Assembly (NCBI RefSeq): GCF_006345805.1
Contig: NW_021833745.1
Span: 1 to 64,000 of the forward strand
Reading direction: 5' to 3'
DNA from: Octopus sinensis
Taxonomy: Eukaryota
DNA length: 64,000 nt
Shown here: in pieces, positions 1 to 12,213 of the stretch
Layout: the number at the start of each line of letters is the position of its first letter
Position numbering within the stretch: the first letter of the stretch is position 1
Made by a program: the position numbers and the translations under genes
Notes under the pieces: generated by a model
Databases searched by the model: none
The model's input: the letters and a program-made list of their open reading frames with translations, nothing else
What the model was told of the DNA's origin: nothing

Positions 1-49
1 CCTAACCCCAAGATTCCAAGTTCGATTCCAAGCAGTGACCTGAACCAAC

Positions 50-118
<69 letters not shown>

Positions 119-240
119 TAGAATGAGAACCCAGGTTCGAATTTCTCCAAGACACCTAAAGGTTGGAGGGTATATCTGCGGAAACGTTGTGTTAACAACA
201 AGGAAGGTGAGGACAAATATCCGTCGAATGTAAATAATGT
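1..240 (+). mobile_element. Composite short repeat: tRNA-like 3' half (B-box), (AAT)n tract, then a degenerate minimal hammerhead-like motif; 5' end cut by the window edge
   Basis: GTTCGATTCC B-box at about 20-29; (AAT)n at about 48-115; ACAC...GAAACGTT-GTGT at 152-192 with the CTGANGA core reduced to CTAAA. Confidence 0.45.
48..115. repeat. (AAT)n microsatellite
   Basis: Direct reading. Confidence 0.95.
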
Positions 241-264
241 TCTATGACGTCCTGTCACCATATA

Positions 265-321
<57 letters not shown>

Positions 322-350
322 GTATGCACATATATGTATGTATACATGCG

Positions 351-382
<32 letters not shown>

Positions 383-537
383 TGTGTGCGTGTATAAATT
401 TATATATGATATGATTGAATGCCACGCATCTGTTTGCAAGTAAGATTTATCTGTGTCTGTTTGTCTGTCTGTCTATTTCCTCTCTCTCCTCTCTCTCTCT
501 TGATATATATACATATATATACAACTATATATATGTA

Positions 538-592
<55 letters not shown>

Positions 593-618
593 CATGTATC
601 TATTTGTATATTTCTATA

Positions 619-649
<31 letters not shown>

Positions 650-1698
650 TTTTTTATATTCATGTATCTATTTGTATATTTATATACATATATATTTATA
701 TATAAATATACACGCATTTTCGATGATATTCTTTGCCTCACAGGCAAAACATTTCCAAGTGTAAAGTTGTGTTATCGAATGCAAGCACACACATACATAC
801 ACGCACACACACATGCTTACAAATATTTGTACGCGTAGATGCATTCATGCATGTGAAGATGCATACATGTTATTGCAAATATATATGGGTCTGTGTGTGT
901 GTGTGTGTTTGTGGGTGTATGTTTTATATGTATCTCTCTCGCTCTCTTTGTTCCTAAGAGCTGCGTAGTGGTCTCCATAATATCTATTGTATAGGATAGA
1001 CAATTCAAACTAGTAACACACGCCAGTCCATAAAATGCTAAATACATTATCACTAAAAATTAAACGACACAGTCAAACGTTATTATCAAATAACACGTAT
1101 TACTCTTTGAATTGCAGGAAACAGAGGGAGTTAGAAACTAAACCGGATAAAATTATGCCTCGAGATGTTGATGTTTTTTTTCTTATAGCCTTTCTTAATA
1201 TATTGACTGCACTAGTAGTTGCAACTTAAATGGATTTATTTAGCTGTGACCTAGTTCCTGTATACTGAAATCGCCTATAAGGTATCATTTCTACTCTGAA
1301 CAGAAAATAGGTTAGCCATTTTTAAGTGACTAAATACATTTGAATTTTGCCACAACGAAATATTTTCTGCCTCTGGCTGTATAACCCATTGTGAAAGCAC
1401 TATATTTTTCTGAGCTAAATTACGTGGTATTAACGAGGCACATTAAGAGAAATGGCTCTACATTTCCAACATTACTAAAGACGATTTATATCTCAGTTTT
1501 ACCAAACAATCCTTGGTGAAGAACAAGTAGATCAAATTATTCATTTCTGAGTGTTAAGATAGGCAGAATAATGTTAAGGGAGTAATTTTCTTTCAATGAA
1601 TTAAAAACGTGTAAGCGATCAGTAATGAGTTGACACTTTTTCCTTAAAGTATATTAATTTTAAGGGTCTAATTTTCTGTCAATGTATAAACAACTTTG

Positions 1699-1699
<1 letters not shown>

Positions 1700-1782
<83 letters not shown>
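1700..1782. repeat. (CA)n microsatellite
   Basis: Direct reading. Confidence 0.95.
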
Positions 1783-1798
1783 TATATATATATAGAGA

Positions 1799-2214
1799 GA
1801 GTGGCTGTGTGGTAAATAGCTTGCTTACCAACCCAACCACATGGTTCCGGGACCAGTCCCACTGCGTGGCACCTTCTACAAGTGTCTTCTACTGTAGCCT
1901 CGGGCCGACCAAAGACCTGTCAGTGGATTTGGTAGACGGAAACTGAAAGAAGCCCGTCATATATATGTATATATATATATATATATATGTGTGTGTTTGT
2001 GTGTCTGTGTTTGTCCCCCTAGCATTGCTTGGCAACCGATGCTGGTGTGTTTATTTTCCCGTTACTTAGCGGTTCGGCAAAAGTGACCGATAGAATAAGT
2101 ACTAGGCTTACAAAGGAATAAGTCCCGGGGTCGAGTTGCTCGATTAAACGCAGTGCTCAGGCATGGCCGCAGTCAAATGACTGAAACAAGTAAAAGAGTA
2201 AAGAGTAAAGAGTA
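1799..2214 (+). mobile_element. SINE family A (tRNA head, CORE-like domain, internal (AT)/(GT) microsatellite, AGAGTA tail)
   Basis: A-box TGGCTGTGTGG; B-box-like GGACCAGTCCC (GGTTCAGTCCC in other copies); CORE-like CCTTGGGCAAGT motif seen in sister copies; at least 8 homologous copies in the window. Confidence 0.85.
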
Positions 2215-3062
2215 ATGTAGATCCGATCAATAGAACAGCCTGCACGTCAAATTAACGTGCAAGTTGCTGAGAACTCCACCGAAACCTGTACATTTAACAT
2301 GGCGTCTTCGTTTCGTATAGGCACGTAAATACACGTGTTTTTGAGGGAATGACAGACTGGCACGACCCTAAATTTGATATTTCAAGCAGGCATTAAAACT
2401 GCGAGAAAGAAGAGTCCAGTCCATTGTGCTCTCCTTGAGTATCTTTGTTAATTCTTCTTGTATATTCTTCATCCTTTATTTGAACGATCTTCAGTACGAT
2501 TATTCTTGTAAACATCACTGCCTTTTCACGACGTTTCAGTTATGTGCTGATGAAGTCGAGATGATATGCTTTCAGTTTTGTTTGCGATAAGCTTTTAACC
2601 CCTTCACAAAAGGCTAACCGTGAATGACCACATTAGAATTGCCAAAATTTGGGATCAAATGCATGTGAACATCAGCAAAGTGTACGAGTTTTTATTCATG
2701 ACATGAAAGCACAAAATGCAATGTGTGATGAGGTGTGCTGAGTATTATGTCATCTGCATTATACATGCAAACTTTCGGAAGATGACTGCGAGAAAAACTG
2801 TCGAATAGCGTCATCTCCTAAGATTATACTATTCAAAGGATAATGGATGCTCGATAGCGTTATCTCATGTTCAGAAATATCAGCTTCATCCAAAGCCGAT
2901 AATATATTTAAGTGTGTATATGCATGAATATATATATACATATGAATACACTCCACACGCTTCACACACCCACACACACACACACATATACACAGAGGCA
3001 CACAATCACACACACACACACATATAATATATAATTATTATATATATATATAATATATATAT

Positions 3063-3255
3063 AACGGAAAGGTTTACGAAAATAAACAAAGACGAAGGCA
3101 GGTGGAGTACAAACAACAAATGTATTAGTATGGCGCTCAGGAATAGAAATAGAACAAGTCTTTTACGTTTCGAGCCTACGCTCTTCGACAGTAAGATACA
3201 CAGAAAAGAAACAAGGAGAGAAAAAATGCGTGTAAGAGCTAACGGCCTATCATGA
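3063..3255 (-). mobile_element. Short element carrying a minimal type I hammerhead-like motif (Penelope-like pLTR/retrozyme-like), flanked by (TA)n
   Basis: Homologous in layout to 3443-3570 and 10345-10546; HHR-like motif at 3159-3196. Confidence 0.6.
3159..3196 (-). ncRNA. Minimal type I hammerhead-like motif with A6U core variant
   Basis: Minus strand TCTTA-CTGTCGA-A-GAGC-gtag-GCTC-GAA-ACGT-A-AAAGA: 4-bp stem II, palindromic ACGU stem III, stem I TCTT/AAGA. Confidence 0.55.
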
Positions 3256-3259
3256 TATA

Positions 3260-3304
<45 letters not shown>

Positions 3305-3442
3305 TATATATATATTGCCCACATATACATATGTATGTATGCATATATAATATATAATATATATATTAAAAATATATTATATATTATATATATACAGAGA
3401 GAGAGAGGGGAGGGGGAGAGACGCCCACACCATATACACATA

Positions 3443-3570
3443 TGTCGAAGAGTTAGGCCTGAAACGTCAAAGACTTTTCCATTCTTCTCAAGCGCGAAAC
3501 TACTACACTGGCTTGTCGTTCCCTCACATTCGTCGTCTTATCTTCTCTGCAAATTAAAAAAATATATGCA
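3443..3570 (+). mobile_element. Diverged second copy of the minimal-HHR short element, opposite orientation
   Basis: TGTCGAAGAG...GAAACGTCAAAGAC matches the minus-strand copy; stem II decayed. Confidence 0.5.
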
Positions 3571-4488
3571 ATATATATCTTTATATACCTATTTAGTTAT
3601 ATCTATCTACGTGGGAATATACGTGTGTTTTGTTAGCTGTGGTGCGCGTTTGTGTGTGTGTAAACATGTAGTCGATATTCGATGTTGAATGAATGTCGTT
3701 AAAAATTGATTTTGCCTGATAGAAGTATTACAATCTAATTTTATTTGCGTGTCGATGTATGTCTTACAATGTGCAAAACACATATATTCTATAAAGAAAC
3801 ATTTGTAAAATTTTCAGCAATTTCAACGAAAAATACCCTTAGCTTGTCAACTGAAAGCAGTTTATATTACTGCAAAAATAAATGCGCTGTTGAAATATGA
3901 TCTAGTTTGATAACCATACCAAAAATTTGTGTGAATTCAGATCGAAGCAAATGCATATGGTGAATAAATGAACTTGCTAAGGCAACTCTTATGTAAAATG
4001 CAGATCTAAAAGAAGAAAAAAAAACCCAGAAAAGTTACCTGTTTTGAAGCTAGACATAACAGATAACAGCGCAAAGTATAAGAATAGTAAACGATATTTT
4101 TTTATGTGTAATATGAATTTAACTGCTGTAAATATAATACAACATGAAATATAAAACTATGCACAGCAGCAAACATACTTTATTACACAAATACGGACAT
4201 ATACATACGTATAAATTTGCACATAAATATATGGATATAAACAGAAACCATACGCATCATTATTATCTATTATTCAGGGTAGATAAGAAAGACAAAATAA
4301 CTCGATGCTGTAAAGATAACAAGCATACTCTACCAAAATACCCACTCCTATATATCAAAGAATAGATGTATATGTATCTTAATATATGTATGTCTATATG
4401 TATATGAATGTATATGTATGTTGTGTCCGTGTGTATAAGGTATATGTATGTATATATATATATATATATATAATATATATATATGTAT

Positions 4489-4545
<57 letters not shown>

Positions 4546-5251
4546 CATATTTGCATATATATATATATAATTATATGAATATGTGGATGCACAAACATGG
4601 CAATAGATATATATGTATGTATGTATGTGTCGATCTATCTAACTATTTATCTATCTATCTATCGATCTATCTCTCTCTCTCTCTCTATGTATATATATAT
4701 ATATATATAAATACATATATATATATATATATAGATCTGTGTAGACGTGTGCGTGTTTCTGTGTGTCAGTGTGTGTGTTGTGTGTGTGTGTGTGTGTGTG
4801 TGTGTGCATTTGTGTTTGTGTATGTCTGTGTTGTATGACTCTGTAAGCGTGGATGTCCGCGTGTGTGTAAGTGTGTGTGTGTGTGTATTCAGACATGGTG
4901 AGAGTAAGAAAAATGTAAAACAAAAGGAAGAGTTCTGGCCGAGCTATTCACTCACTACAACAGTCTACGTAAACAAATGATCATCGGTAGACTTTGGTTA
5001 CTGTCGATATTTTGCTAATATCGTCAGCTAATGAAAGCAAATAACAAAATATATTCGCATATGCATATTTATACTCGTATTTTACGAATGGCATTTATAT
5101 ATATATATATATATACACATAACTATATATATACACACCAACTATACATAAATATATATATATATATATATCTTATATATATATATATATATATGTATAG
5201 TTATGTGTGTATATATATAGTTATATATATTAATATATAATATATATATTA

Positions 5252-5282
<31 letters not shown>

Positions 5283-5345
5283 ATGTATATACCCCACACC
5301 AAGTGAGTGTTTACGTGTATGTGTGCGTCTATATATATGTATATG

Positions 5346-5544
5346 TTATATTAAATTAGAGACAAAACCACTATTATGCAAATCAAACAAAGAAAGACTT
5401 AAGCCAATACATATATAATTGTTATATATACATATATAATTTATAATTGTTAAATTTTAATTTATATAGATTATTTTATGTATTGGCTTAAGTCTTTCTT
5501 TGTTTGATTTGCATAATAGTGGTTTTGTCTCTAATTTAATATAA
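5346..5544. repeat. Perfect 68-bp inverted repeat with a 63-bp AT-rich spacer (fold-back/MITE-like)
   Basis: 5346-5413 is the exact reverse complement of 5477-5544, checked base by base. Confidence 0.9.
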
Positions 5545-6058
5545 TATAATATTTTACTATAAAATTGGATTTAATCCTAAATCTGATTTTTCCCTGTAAA
5601 TTTGGATTTATTCCCTAATATTTATTATTATGTATATGTTTATATACATGTATCGTACACGTAGCGAGACACTACAATGAAACGAAGCACTTGTTATAAT
5701 CTTGATTAAAAAGGAGGTGTATGTTATTTATCGTGTGTCTCTGAGAATTATTGATACAGCGACTCCACAGATTCAAAATTTTGGTTGTGAAATCGAATGC
5801 AGTGACTTCAATAAATAGACTGATTTATAAATGTTATATTCTTTGGAAGTCAGATGATGAGTTTATGTTTTTTTTAGTTCTTTGTACCCAGTTTCTATCA
5901 AATTATTATATTATGCATGTGTGTGTGTAATACACGAGGGTGAGTAAAAATGTAATGCCATTTTGTTTAGGACAGGTATAATTACCAACACCGGAATATG
6001 TATCATGCTTCAAAATGAAGCTGGTCCTCTGTGGATCATATCCCTAGTTCTGAATATA

Positions 6059-6285
6059 TATTTCTTTACTGCCGACAGGGGGCTAAACTTAGAGGGGACA
6101 AACAAGGACAGACAAAGGGAATAAGTCGATTACATCGAACCCAGTGCGAAACTGGTACTTTATTTATCGACCCCCGAAAAAATGAGAGGTAAAGTCGACC
6201 TCGGCGGAATTTGAACTCAGAACGTAGCGGCAGACGAAATACTGGGAAGCATTTCGCCCGGCGTGCTAACGATTCTGCCAGCTCG
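6059..6285 (-). mobile_element. SINE family B monomer (tRNA head plus Meta/MESC-like domain) nested in the mariner element
   Basis: 16-bp direct repeat CCTAGTTCTGAATATA at 6043-6058 and 6286-6301 (TSD); GAGTTCAAATTCC B-box; GTCGACTTT...AAGTACCAG central domain. Confidence 0.9.
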
Positions 6286-6440
6286 CCTAGTTCTGAATAT
6301 AGTCACCCTTTCTCTCAATAGCAATGTCCGCTTCGAATTAGAGCATGTATCTTTGCTCCGTAAAATTCTGTTGACTGCTCTTTCAGCCACTTCTTCACTA
6401 CCTCCACTTTCACCATCATCTCTTTGACGCCACGAAAGTG

Positions 6441-6602
6441 GGTTTACGAAGCAAGCGTTATTCCAGTGACGAGGAAGTGAAAACTCTGGTGAGGAAGTGG
6501 TTCAAAGAACAGTCAATAGAATTTTACGGGGCAGGGATACATTCTCTCATTCGAAGGCGTAACATTGCTATTGAGCGAAACGGTGACTATGTTGAGAAGT
6601 AG
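6441..6602 (+). pseudogene. Mariner transposase C-terminal remnant, 53 aa
   Basis: Translates to GLRSKRYSSDEEVKTLVRKWFKEQSIEFYGAGIHSLIRRRNIAIERNGDYVEK*, matching the mariner C-terminal pattern ending GDYVEK. Confidence 0.8.
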
Positions 6603-7851
6603 GGATGTGATCCACAGAGGACCAGCTTCATTTTGATGTATGATACATGTTCCTGTCTTGGTAATTATACGCGTACTAAACAAAATGGCGTTATTTTTTG
6701 ACTCCCACTCATACATCTATATTTGTAATATATGAATGTATTTGTGTGTGTTTGTGTGTGTGTTTGTGTTTGTGTGAGTGTATGTGCGTGTGTCTATCTG
6801 TATATGGCTGTAGGTAGACGCTATCGGGGATAAATATCTGCCCATACGTCAAATAAATTTAAACTGAAAAGTAACAAACGCTATACAACATACTACTTAA
6901 ATATCTACAAAGGATATATACGTTCTTCTCAGAAGGTTCCATGAGATATGAACTAGCACAAACGCTATGCACGGCGGGACACACCTTCTCTCTGCCCTTC
7001 AAAAGAAAAACCAATGCGTGATATAAAACATACAAAATGAGTAACGTCGTTAAATGCAGGTCGACATGTGATTAGAATTTCCTCTGGAGCAGCCAATATA
7101 TAATACTTGAAATATTGTTGAAGATATGGAATGTTATATTACAACGATCAAAAATACGTGAGCTCCCATTTGCCACTGTAAATCAAGAAAAATTCATGGA
7201 AGATCCTGATACCTCCAAGTAAAATGCAAGAAGGAAATACGGTCGAATCGAACTCGTTTATTAGGGTTCCCTTGCCCAACGTATTCGGAATATTAACCTT
7301 TTTGTAAATATATCGTGTTAATTATTGCGTGTTTTATAGCTATTCATAAATATATTTCACTTTCATGTTTTTCTATTTTATAAATATTAAATTATTCCAA
7401 TTTATACAGCATCATTCACCCTTCACCCCGGCATTATGTATATATGTCCCCGTTCAACGGCACTCTTTGTCAAACGTATCTTTGTATATTCTACCACGCT
7501 TCTAATCATCATTGCCAAAACCACCATCACCACCGCTAACAACACAACCACTACTAACATCAACCACCACCACCACCATCATCATCATTGTTGTTGTTCT
7601 CAATATGAATTTTGTTTTTCTAATGAATATTATTGTTTTCAACTTTGAGAACTTAGACCGAATGCAATGTATGTAATAAAGTCACTATTTGACCTTTAAC
7701 TTCCACGTGATCTGATGTTATAAACCAAATCATTTTTTCTTTGTTCTAATCAGGGCATGTATTTCTGTATTTAATGTAACTGATTACCTCCTAGACATAC
7801 ACTGTCATCTTAGCAAAACCGAAACTATATGATATTATTTTCTATATTTAG

Positions 7852-8081
7852 GTCGGGTTCTTTCTCCTCGAGTATTTCCAGTTCAATTTTGATGAAAAGT
7901 AAAATTGCCTAACAATTTACTGATTTTCCGAATTCTTCTGTGTCTTTCTTTGATTTTCTAATTTTCAGATTTCGCAAATCGACAAACATTGCTTGAAGTC
8001 AAAAGAAATTACAAGATTGTGTATTGTCACGGAAATTCTACATTTCGAGGCACAATAGAATGTCATGTACAAACTAGTTAA
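7852..8081 (+). CDS. Weak candidate for two short exons (7852-7898, 7969-stop) split by a 70-bp intron
   Basis: TTTAG acceptor, GTAAAA donor, CTAAT branch-like motif plus TTTTCAG acceptor; two frames stay open across the junction; no homology recognised. Confidence 0.2.
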
Positions 8082-8584
8082 CATTTGTTGAAAGTCTTGC
8101 GTTCAGAGTTCAAACCACAACTGCTTATTTAAACTTTGACTTATAACAGTTACCGGTGACGAAGACTGATCTAGTCGCGAGGCATGGCGCTGTAGAATAT
8201 CAAAATCAGTGCACATTACCTATTATTATAGCTATTCAAACTCAGAGTTTTGAAGGCAATATCGGATGTGATTTCTAGTTTTTCATTACCTATTCCGTTG
8301 CCTTCAACTAACATGATTTATAAGAACAGACTTTTCACATAGAATTACATAATAGGAAGATTATGATGCTATTATATACTTACATATTAGCTTCCTTCAT
8401 TTCACTTGCATTTTCTATATAAGAATAATTAATTTTCCAATTAACAAGTAATGAGATCGTGAATTATAACACTGATAACGAATATGGTTATCTGAGTAGT
8501 AGTAATAATCACGATCATTCCCAGTGTGGCAAGTAGCACAAGTTTGAATGCAGGTTTATGTTGGATATGTACTTCTTGTTTGTG

Positions 8585-8969
<385 letters not shown>

Positions 8970-8991
8970 TTGTATATAAATATATTATATA

Positions 8992-9045
<54 letters not shown>

Positions 9046-9411
9046 GCGGAATATTCAGCAATGAGGACAACATACGCGGTGTTGCAATTCGCTGGAGTAT
9101 TACTCTTGTCAAAAGGGTAAAATCTATGACGACTTCACCTAGAAATGGCTCCAGCAACAATCGCTTCTTTTGGTACCTTCTTCTCAGCGCCTTTCCATCA
9201 CTATTCTTTCAGCATGCTTTAGTCACGTGACAAAGATGGCAGACAGTAACTGACCCGAACTGGCAACAAAGGCAATGAACCATTGCAGGTCGAAAGACTG
9301 TAGACTCCAGTAGGACGACAACCACCGAGTAACATTTGGTAGGTGCTACACTTACTCCAAGAATAATATAATTCACACACTCTCGATGGTTAGTTATTTG
9401 TTGTTGTGACA

Positions 9412-9417
9412 TTTATT
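9412..9417 (-). terminator. Candidate polyadenylation signal AATAAA for the minus-strand terminal exon
   Basis: TTTATT on plus; GT-rich stretch about 30 nt downstream on minus. Confidence 0.35.
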
Positions 9418-9651
9418 TTTCGTTATGGAAAGAATAAAAATAATTGTTCGTTAAAAACCTCCACAGATTTGTTATTAGAACATTTCGGATGTGATTAGAA
9501 CATTTCGAAGCCTCATTTTTGTACGAGTGGAAACCCCAGAGGAAGATTATCATACAACCTAGATACAATTCGTCGATGACTCTTTGTGTAGGAGATTGCT
9601 GTTACAGATTCTACCGAAACCTTGGTAGTTCACATGAACAACGTGGACATG

Positions 9652-9859
9652 TCACTGAGTGAATTCTCTCTCCGAGTGAATTTTCCCTGTCGTTGTAACA
9701 ACGCCGCGGCACCACTGAATCTCTCGTCGATACACTGGGGATCGTGTCCCAAACATACAACGCTTACAGCAATCAGTAGCTATTCTATCTCCAACATCAT
9801 CGATACCATCCAACATACGCAATAAATTCCTATTCTTCTTGATATCTTTATAGCGCATT
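9652..9859 (-). CDS. Probable terminal coding exon of an unidentified gene, 68 codons after a phase-2 junction
   Basis: Strong acceptor CTC-T-tract-AG at 9860-9877 (minus); open frame MRYKDIKKNRNLLRMLDGIDDVGDRIATDCCKRCMFGTRSPVYRREIQWCRGVVTTTGKIHSEREFTQ* with ordinary protein composition; unique sequence; AATAAA about 240 nt past the stop. Confidence 0.5.
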
Positions 9860-10344
9860 CTAAAAAAAAAAAAAGAGGTAAACCTCTGTCAGTATCTACA
9901 GACTGTAGTTGGTTCTCTAACGACATCCACATCACCCACTGCATAAACAATATGAGTGTATCCCTCCACTGACGCCGTCATCTACTCCAAGAAAGAGATA
10001 ATTCAACATGCACGTTCTCCAGTGCAGTACGAAAAAATACTATTCTTCTATGTCTTTTTTTCTTACTCCCTTTGCTTTACTTTTATTCATACAAGAATAT
10101 ATCTGAAGACATTTTTACATTGCTCACATTTCGACTTGCACCCATTCACATATAACATAAGCAGGAGCACCCAGCACGTGTCTAACATGCGAACATACTC
10201 TTAGCACATACATTCATTGCTTGCTGTATACATCAAAGTACTATGAATAAAAGATACAACCCCACTTTTCAGTACGGCCAAGTTACGAGGACGTAAATAC
10301 ACCAGCATCGATTGTCAAGGGATGTAGGGGGAACAAACACAGAC

Positions 10345-10541
10345 GTCCTCGTATGTACCGTTGGCAATTTTTTTCCTCTGTCTTCCCTTCTCTGGATCTT
10401 TCCTTCTCCTATGTTTCCGACGAAGAGATCCGCTCGAAACTTTAAACCCTCCTCCTTTCCTTCTTTCCTGAGCGTCCAATAATACTATATTTGTTCCACG
10501 TCCTCGCGTTGTTGCGTTTTTTTGTGCTTTCTTGTTTGGAT

Positions 10542-10546
<5 letters not shown>
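10345..10546 (+). mobile_element. Short minimal-HHR element nested in SINE A
   Basis: HHR-like motif at 10413-10447; downstream CCTGAGCG motif shared with 3063-3255; ends in (TA)n. Confidence 0.6.
10413..10447 (+). ncRNA. Minimal type I hammerhead-like motif, mutated
   Basis: GTTT-CCGACGA-A-GAGA-tcc-GCTC-GAA-ACTT-T-AAAC: stem I 4 bp perfect; U4C core change; one stem II mismatch; ACGU changed to ACUU. Confidence 0.45.
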
Positions 10547-10578
<32 letters not shown>

Positions 10579-10776
10579 GACGGGCTTCTTTCAGTTTCCG
10601 TCTATAAAATCCACTCACAAGGCTTTGGTCGGCCCGAGGTTATAGTAGAAGACACTTGCACAAGGTGCCACACAGTGGGACTGAACACGGAACCATGTGG
10701 TTCGTAAGCAAACTAGTCACCACACAGCCACTCCTACGCTTCCTACACCTATTGGAGGAAATTTACTAAGCAAAAG

Positions 10777-10976
10777 GCGGCGAACTGCCAGGATCGTTAG
10801 CACCCGGGCAAAATGCTTACTAGCATGTCCTCCGTCTTTAAATTCCGCCCAGGTTGTTTTGCCTTTCATCTTTTCGGGGTCAATAAAATATGTTCCAGAT
10901 GTGTACTGGGGTCGATTTGATCGACTTACCCCTCCCTCGGAGCATGCTGGAGTTGTGCCAAAACATGAAACCAATT
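10777..10976 (+). mobile_element. SINE family B, older subfamily with a different 3' tail
   Basis: AAGGCGGCGAACTG head, diverged central domain, ...TTGTGCCAAAA...GAAACCAAT tail. Confidence 0.75.
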
Positions 10977-11569
10977 TTTACTAAGTAAACATTTGATCAC
11001 TTGACAGTAAATTGTTTAAAAGTAAATCTAGAAATATCTCACGATGTATCTAGAACCCACTTCAACTCAGTCTCTCCAATCAATATCTCTGCCCACGTTC
11101 ATATATAATAACGACAACCATGGCATTAACAGTGAACAACCAATAAGATCTTACAGAAAAAAAAACACGCACTCAATTTAAGAACAGAAAATGAAAAGCT
11201 AAAATAAGGAAAATAATGAAAAAAAAAAATGCTCATAAAAATTTGAAAAATATATAAGTATAGAATATAAAATGAAAAGCGTTAGAAGAAAAAAAAGTAG
11301 AAAAATATCGGCGTCCTCATGATATGCATCATAAATTGCTACTCTGGTTGCTCCAGATATCCCATTGTAAATATATAAAATAAAATGACACCTTTACTTG
11401 AAGTAAGTTCTTCATGTAAATCGTCGTAAAAATGCTTAAATAATCACTAAAACATTTATTCTTCTCGTTGCAGTTGTCGTCTCTGAGGATTTTTCCTGCT
11501 AGTGGAAAAGTTGCCAAAGTAAATTAAGTGCGTACATAGATATGTGCAGGTTGTATGTGATTGTATAGC

Positions 11570-11647
<78 letters not shown>

Positions 11648-12022
11648 ATACTAACATACATACATATATACATAACACATGTATACATATATAGAGAGAG
11701 ATATATACGAGTATATATATTTATTTATATATACATATATATAGAGACACGCATAAATATATATACACACATACAAATACATACATATTTACACACACAT
11801 ATATATATATAGAAAGAGATAGATAGACCGATAGATAGATAGATAGATAGATAGAGATAGATAGGTACATAGATAGATACATACATACATAGAGAATGAG
11901 AGAGATTATCGTACATGTATATGCACACATAAATGTATATATCCATATATATATACATATATTTCCTTATATATATATATATATATATATATGTATTATG
12001 TATATATATATATATTATATAT

Positions 12023-12075
<53 letters not shown>

Positions 12076-12173
12076 CACACAAGTATATACATACACATAC
12101 AACACATACATATATGTGCGTGAATGCATGTATCCATATGTAACTATACGTTCATTAAATTATCTGCACATAC

Positions 12174-12213
<40 letters not shown>

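Larger units (their letters stand above)
5935..6711. mobile_element. Mariner-derived palindromic (fold-back) non-autonomous element, interrupted by a SINE
   Basis: ACGAGGG...-type left end and ...CTCATA right end; two inverted arms of about 230 bp; right arm encodes a mariner transposase C-terminus. Confidence 0.8.
10275..10740 (-). mobile_element. SINE family A, 3'-truncated, with a nested insertion at its internal microsatellite
   Basis: 5' half 10575-10740 and part of the 3' half 10275-10344 match other family A copies. Confidence 0.85.

Noticed and set aside
237-957. ORFs rich in [12 protein letters not shown] (also 12639-13286, 16828-17472, 19138-19623, 37761-38234, 53278-53937 and many more)
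   Set aside because: Translations of (AT)n, (GT)n and (CA)n microsatellites, which lack stops in some frames
4985-5030. Minus-strand CTGACGA followed by a small hairpin
   Set aside because: Followed by GACA/TCGA rather than GAAA, with no stem III or stem I
8150-8200. GTGACGA-AGACT..AGTC-GCGA hammerhead look-alike
   Set aside because: Both core segments are mismatched and no stem III is present
11040-11165. Minus-strand acceptor and donor pair as the exon upstream of 9859
   Set aside because: All frames stop before the GTGAG donor, and the alternative donor gives no stop-free phase-2 exit
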